From assembly GCA_964404735.1 (NCBI GenBank), contig CAYOLA010000052.1:3452-67451 (forward strand): a DNA stretch of 64,000 nt, read 5' to 3'. Shown piece after piece: positions 61,290 to 64,000 of the stretch. The position numbers and the translations under genes were made by a program. Under the pieces are notes generated by a model. The model made no database searches and was not told where the DNA came from. It worked only from the letters and a program-made list of their open reading frames with translations. The DNA comes from an uncultured Bacteroidales bacterium (GTDB lineage Bacteria > Bacteroidota > Bacteroidia > Bacteroidales > B18-G4). The stretch's first letter is position 1, and every line of letters begins with the position of its first letter.

Positions 61290-63213
61290 TACTGCCCCCG
61301 GGTGTTAACTGGTTATTGATCATGCGATGATTGTATTGCTGGATCAGCGCCTTCAGGAAAGTCTCAAGGCTGTCGCGCACTTCTTCCTTTTGATGCAACA
61401 AATCAATATCCGGGTCATTTTCGCGCTCCAGCCCATAGAGCGCCGTGGACCTTTTCCCGTCGTAATGCAGGGAATAGCCGTCTTTGAGCAACTGGTATGA
61501 GGCATTGAGGTAGTTTACTGAAAACCGGTAATCCAGGCTATCAAAAAGGTTATTTCCAAAAGCGAGCCAGGGCCCGTCATAGCCAAGAAAGCCCAGGATG
61601 CTGGGCATGATATCGCTTTGCTGGGCAATGTCATTACTGAGTCCGGCATTGATCTGCAAAGGCATGTAAAAAATCAGGGGGATGGAATAGATGCCGTCCC
61701 TGCTCCGGAATCTCTTATCTTCCGATAAAGAAGTATGATCGGCCGTGATCACGAAAAGCGTATTTTCAAACCAATCGCACTGTGCCGCCTGCCGCATGAA
61801 CCGGCCCAAGGAATGATCGGCATACATAATACTTTCATGGATGTCGAGCGTCCCCTTATCGAATATTCCATCATATTCAGGCGGCACCATGTATGGATGG
61901 TGCGATGACAAGGAAAAGAAAACGCCCAGGAAAGGTTTTTCCATCCGGTTGAGCGCATTCAGGAAATAATCAAAGAAAGCTTCGTCATATATGCCCCAGT
62001 GCCCATCGAACCGGCTGTCGTCGGCATATTCATCCTTACCGTGATAGGCGTCAAAGCCGGCCATTTTAATAAAATACTCGAAACCCATGGTGCCGTTCCT
62101 TCCGCCGTGAAAGAAGGCCGTAACATAGCCTTTATCCCCAAGCAGGCTGGCAAGGCTGTTGATATTGTTACTGCCGTATGCCGATGTGATATAGGGCCTT
62201 TCCGACAAGGAAGGCAGGCCCGCCACAATGGCCGGCAAGGCCTCGATCGATTGCTTGCCGTTGGCATAGGCACGATAAACCAGTGCATGACTGATGATGC
62301 TGTCGAGCGAAGGCGTGTAGCCCGTCGAACGACCGTTGAGAGCCCCGACATACTCCGTGCCGAAACTTTCCATGATGACCAGCACAACATTGAAAGGCCT
62401 GAACCCATTCCCTGTTTTTGTATCCCCAGCTTTGACAACAGGATCATAGATCCGCGAAAGTGCATCCGGATCCCTGAAATACTGCACCTCTTTGAGCCTG
62501 GTATGCCCGGCCGTTTTCATGATCGTAAAAGGGGTATTCAGCACCAACGACACATTTTTTGCAGAAGCATACTGTCCGGCATTGATAATGGTAAAAGGCC
62601 GCAATTGAAAACCGCCACGTATTCCGATAATGGAGATAAAGCCGGCAATGAGAAAAAATAAGGTATTGAACAGGAAGAAACGCATCCCGCAGGGTTGTTG
62701 CCGTCGCTTTACCTGTATACGGGTTGCGATCAGGACAAAAAGTGCCGACAACAATGCCCAGGTGATGAATTCCCAGCGAAAATCGATAAGAAAACGGGGA
62801 AGGAGGCCCATGATATCCTCATCACCGGCACCCAGAAAAGAAAAAATGTCGGCGGTCATCCGCTTGGATGTAAAGCGAAAATAAACCGCATCAATCCCAT
62901 TCAGGGCAAATCCAAGGATGTTAAAAATGTAATAGAACTGATTGGCCGTCAATTGCCAGTACCGCCTGCCCCTGAAAGGCAGGGGAAAAGTATTCATCAG
63001 GATATACGGGGTATTTAGAATGATAATGGCTGCAATGTCGAACCTCAGTCCCCCGGCAAAAGCCCGGATCAGCTCATCACTGTTAAGATCATTAAAAGAC
63101 GGCAGGTTAAAAAGCCAGAAATGCAGGCGCGACAAGCTAAAAAAAAGCAATGCCAGCAACAGGCGCAGGACGAGCACAGGATATACATTGCCGTTGAACC
63201 AATGCTTTCGCAT
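61282..63213 (-). CDS. LTA synthase family / membrane-anchored sulfatase-fold phosphotransferase
   Basis: Five N-terminal TMs; NVVLVIMES, SSHHPY, TADH. Confidence 0.9.
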   Translation of the reverse strand: MRKHWFNGNVYPVLVLRLLLALLFFSLSRLHFWLFNLPSFNDLNSDELIRAFAGGLRFDIAAIIILNTPYILMNTFPLPFRGRRYWQLTANQFYYIFNILGFALNGIDAVYFRFTSKRMTADIFSFLGAGDEDIMGLLPRFLIDFRWEFITWALLSALFVLIATRIQVKRRQQPCGMRFFLFNTLFFLIAGFISIIGIRGGFQLRPFTIINAGQYASAKNVSLVLNTPFTIMKTAGHTRLKEVQYFRDPDALSRIYDPVVKAGDTKTGNGFRPFNVVLVIMESFGTEYVGALNGRSTGYTPSLDSIISHALVYRAYANGKQSIEALPAIVAGLPSLSERPYITSAYGSNNINSLASLLGDKGYVTAFFHGGRNGTMGFEYFIKMAGFDAYHGKDEYADDSRFDGHWGIYDEAFFDYFLNALNRMEKPFLGVFFSLSSHHPYMVPPEYDGIFDKGTLDIHESIMYADHSLGRFMRQAAQCDWFENTLFVITADHTSLSEDKRFRSRDGIYSIPLIFYMPLQINAGLSNDIAQQSDIMPSILGFLGYDGPWLAFGNNLFDSLDYRFSVNYLNASYQLLKDGYSLHYDGKRSTALYGLERENDPDIDLLHQKEEVRDSLETFLKALIQQYNHRMINNQLTPGGSNE

Positions 63214-63292
63214 GGCGCAAAAATAACGAATTCCCCTTTACGCGGGGAAGCCTGCTGCTGACCACCTGCAAAAATCCGCGATTATAAACAGC

Positions 63293-63520
63293 TCAGACCA
63301 GCTTGTAGCTGAAAACATATTTATACGGATAAACGTCGCAATAATCAACCATGCTCAGTTTAATGCCGTTGCCATTGATATGATGCATGATCTCACCCAC
63401 GAACTCATCAACCGAAACCTTTACCTCGCATTCGCGCTGAAGGGTGTCGATAAAGATGTCGCTGGCCGACCTGAAAGCGGTTTTCAAACAGTTTCTGACC
63501 CTGATCTCTTCATGTTCCAT
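63293..63520 (-). CDS. Small hypothetical protein (75 aa)
   Basis: ATG-initiated ORF filling the intergenic gap; no recognisable motif. Confidence 0.55.
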   Translation of the reverse strand: MEHEEIRVRNCLKTAFRSASDIFIDTLQRECEVKVSVDEFVGEIMHHINGNGIKLSMVDYCDVYPYKYVFSYKLV

Positions 63521-63761
63521 TACGCAGGCAAAAGTGCATCACCAAGGTTAATTATACGTTAATGCCTCATTAATTTTTTATGAACATCCTTTCATATCCC
63601 CCCGTGTATGCAACCTTTTTAGCAGGCTGCTTGTCTATTGAACAATAAGAAATAATAAGGAAACTGCGACATTTTTTTATGATTATTTTGCTAATACCGG
63701 ATAAATATAATTTTTATTTTTGCCATAACGGAAGGACAATATAAATCAAAAAAAGAACAAC

Positions 63762-64000
63762 ATGGACGAGCAAGAAAAATTTGAAGGGAATAGGGAGGAG
63801 ATTTATTCCGAGGTGATTCGCGCGGGTAAAAGGACTTATTTTTTTGATGTGAAGGAAACCAGGTCGGGCGAACAATACCTGACCATTACCGAAAGCAAAA
63901 GGAGGTTTAACAACGAACAGGGCAAATTTTTCTATGAAAAGCACAAGATCTTCCTTTACAAGGAAGATTTTGAAAAGTTTTCCACGGGACTTAAACAGGT
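63762..64000 (+). CDS. PUR-family / DUF3276 nucleic-acid-binding protein (runs off the window edge)
   Basis: Not in the ORF track. MDEQEKFEGNREEIYSEVIRAGKRTYFFDVKETRSGEQYLTITESKRRF...KHKIFLYKEDF. Confidence 0.92.
   Translation, partial: MDEQEKFEGNREEIYSEVIRAGKRTYFFDVKETRSGEQYLTITESKRRFNNEQGKFFYEKHKIFLYKEDFEKFSTGLKQ

Overview
A 64-kb chromosomal segment from a Bacteroidota bacterium, probably a free-living anaerobic Bacteroidales relative. Evidence for this: a short Bacteroidota-type primary sigma factor, TAnnTTTG -7 promoters, PorQ, a PUR/DUF3276 protein and bTHX. Most of the window is housekeeping: yidC, pyrG, gapA, rpoD, htrA, dapF, mltG, recR, glmM, aroE, recF, ispH, aconitase, nusB, recQ, HU, fmt, trmH. 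It also carries a speA-speB-DHS-like polyamine operon extended by mscS and corA, a murL-murD2 peptidoglycan pair, and an Rrf2/Fe-S/nrfHA nitrite-ammonification locus. An accessory patch at about 24.1-30.3 kb holds a fibre-like surface protein with an amber codon in its signal peptide, an NRAMP gene stub, a FISUMP protein and an AT-rich beta-barrel gene. I found no rRNA, tRNA, CRISPR array, integrase, transposase or reverse transcriptase. The best leads are (1) a repeated palindromic operator at three promoters that defines a probable Rrf2 regulon over nrfHA, (2) a small RHH-like protein with a canonical QLDLF clamp-binding motif next to recR, (3) the TAG-interrupted fibre gene, (4) a shared ECF-like promoter motif, and (5) an intergenic mosaic of short tandem repeats and REP-like palindromes. 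All product calls come from motif recognition by eye; no database searches were run.
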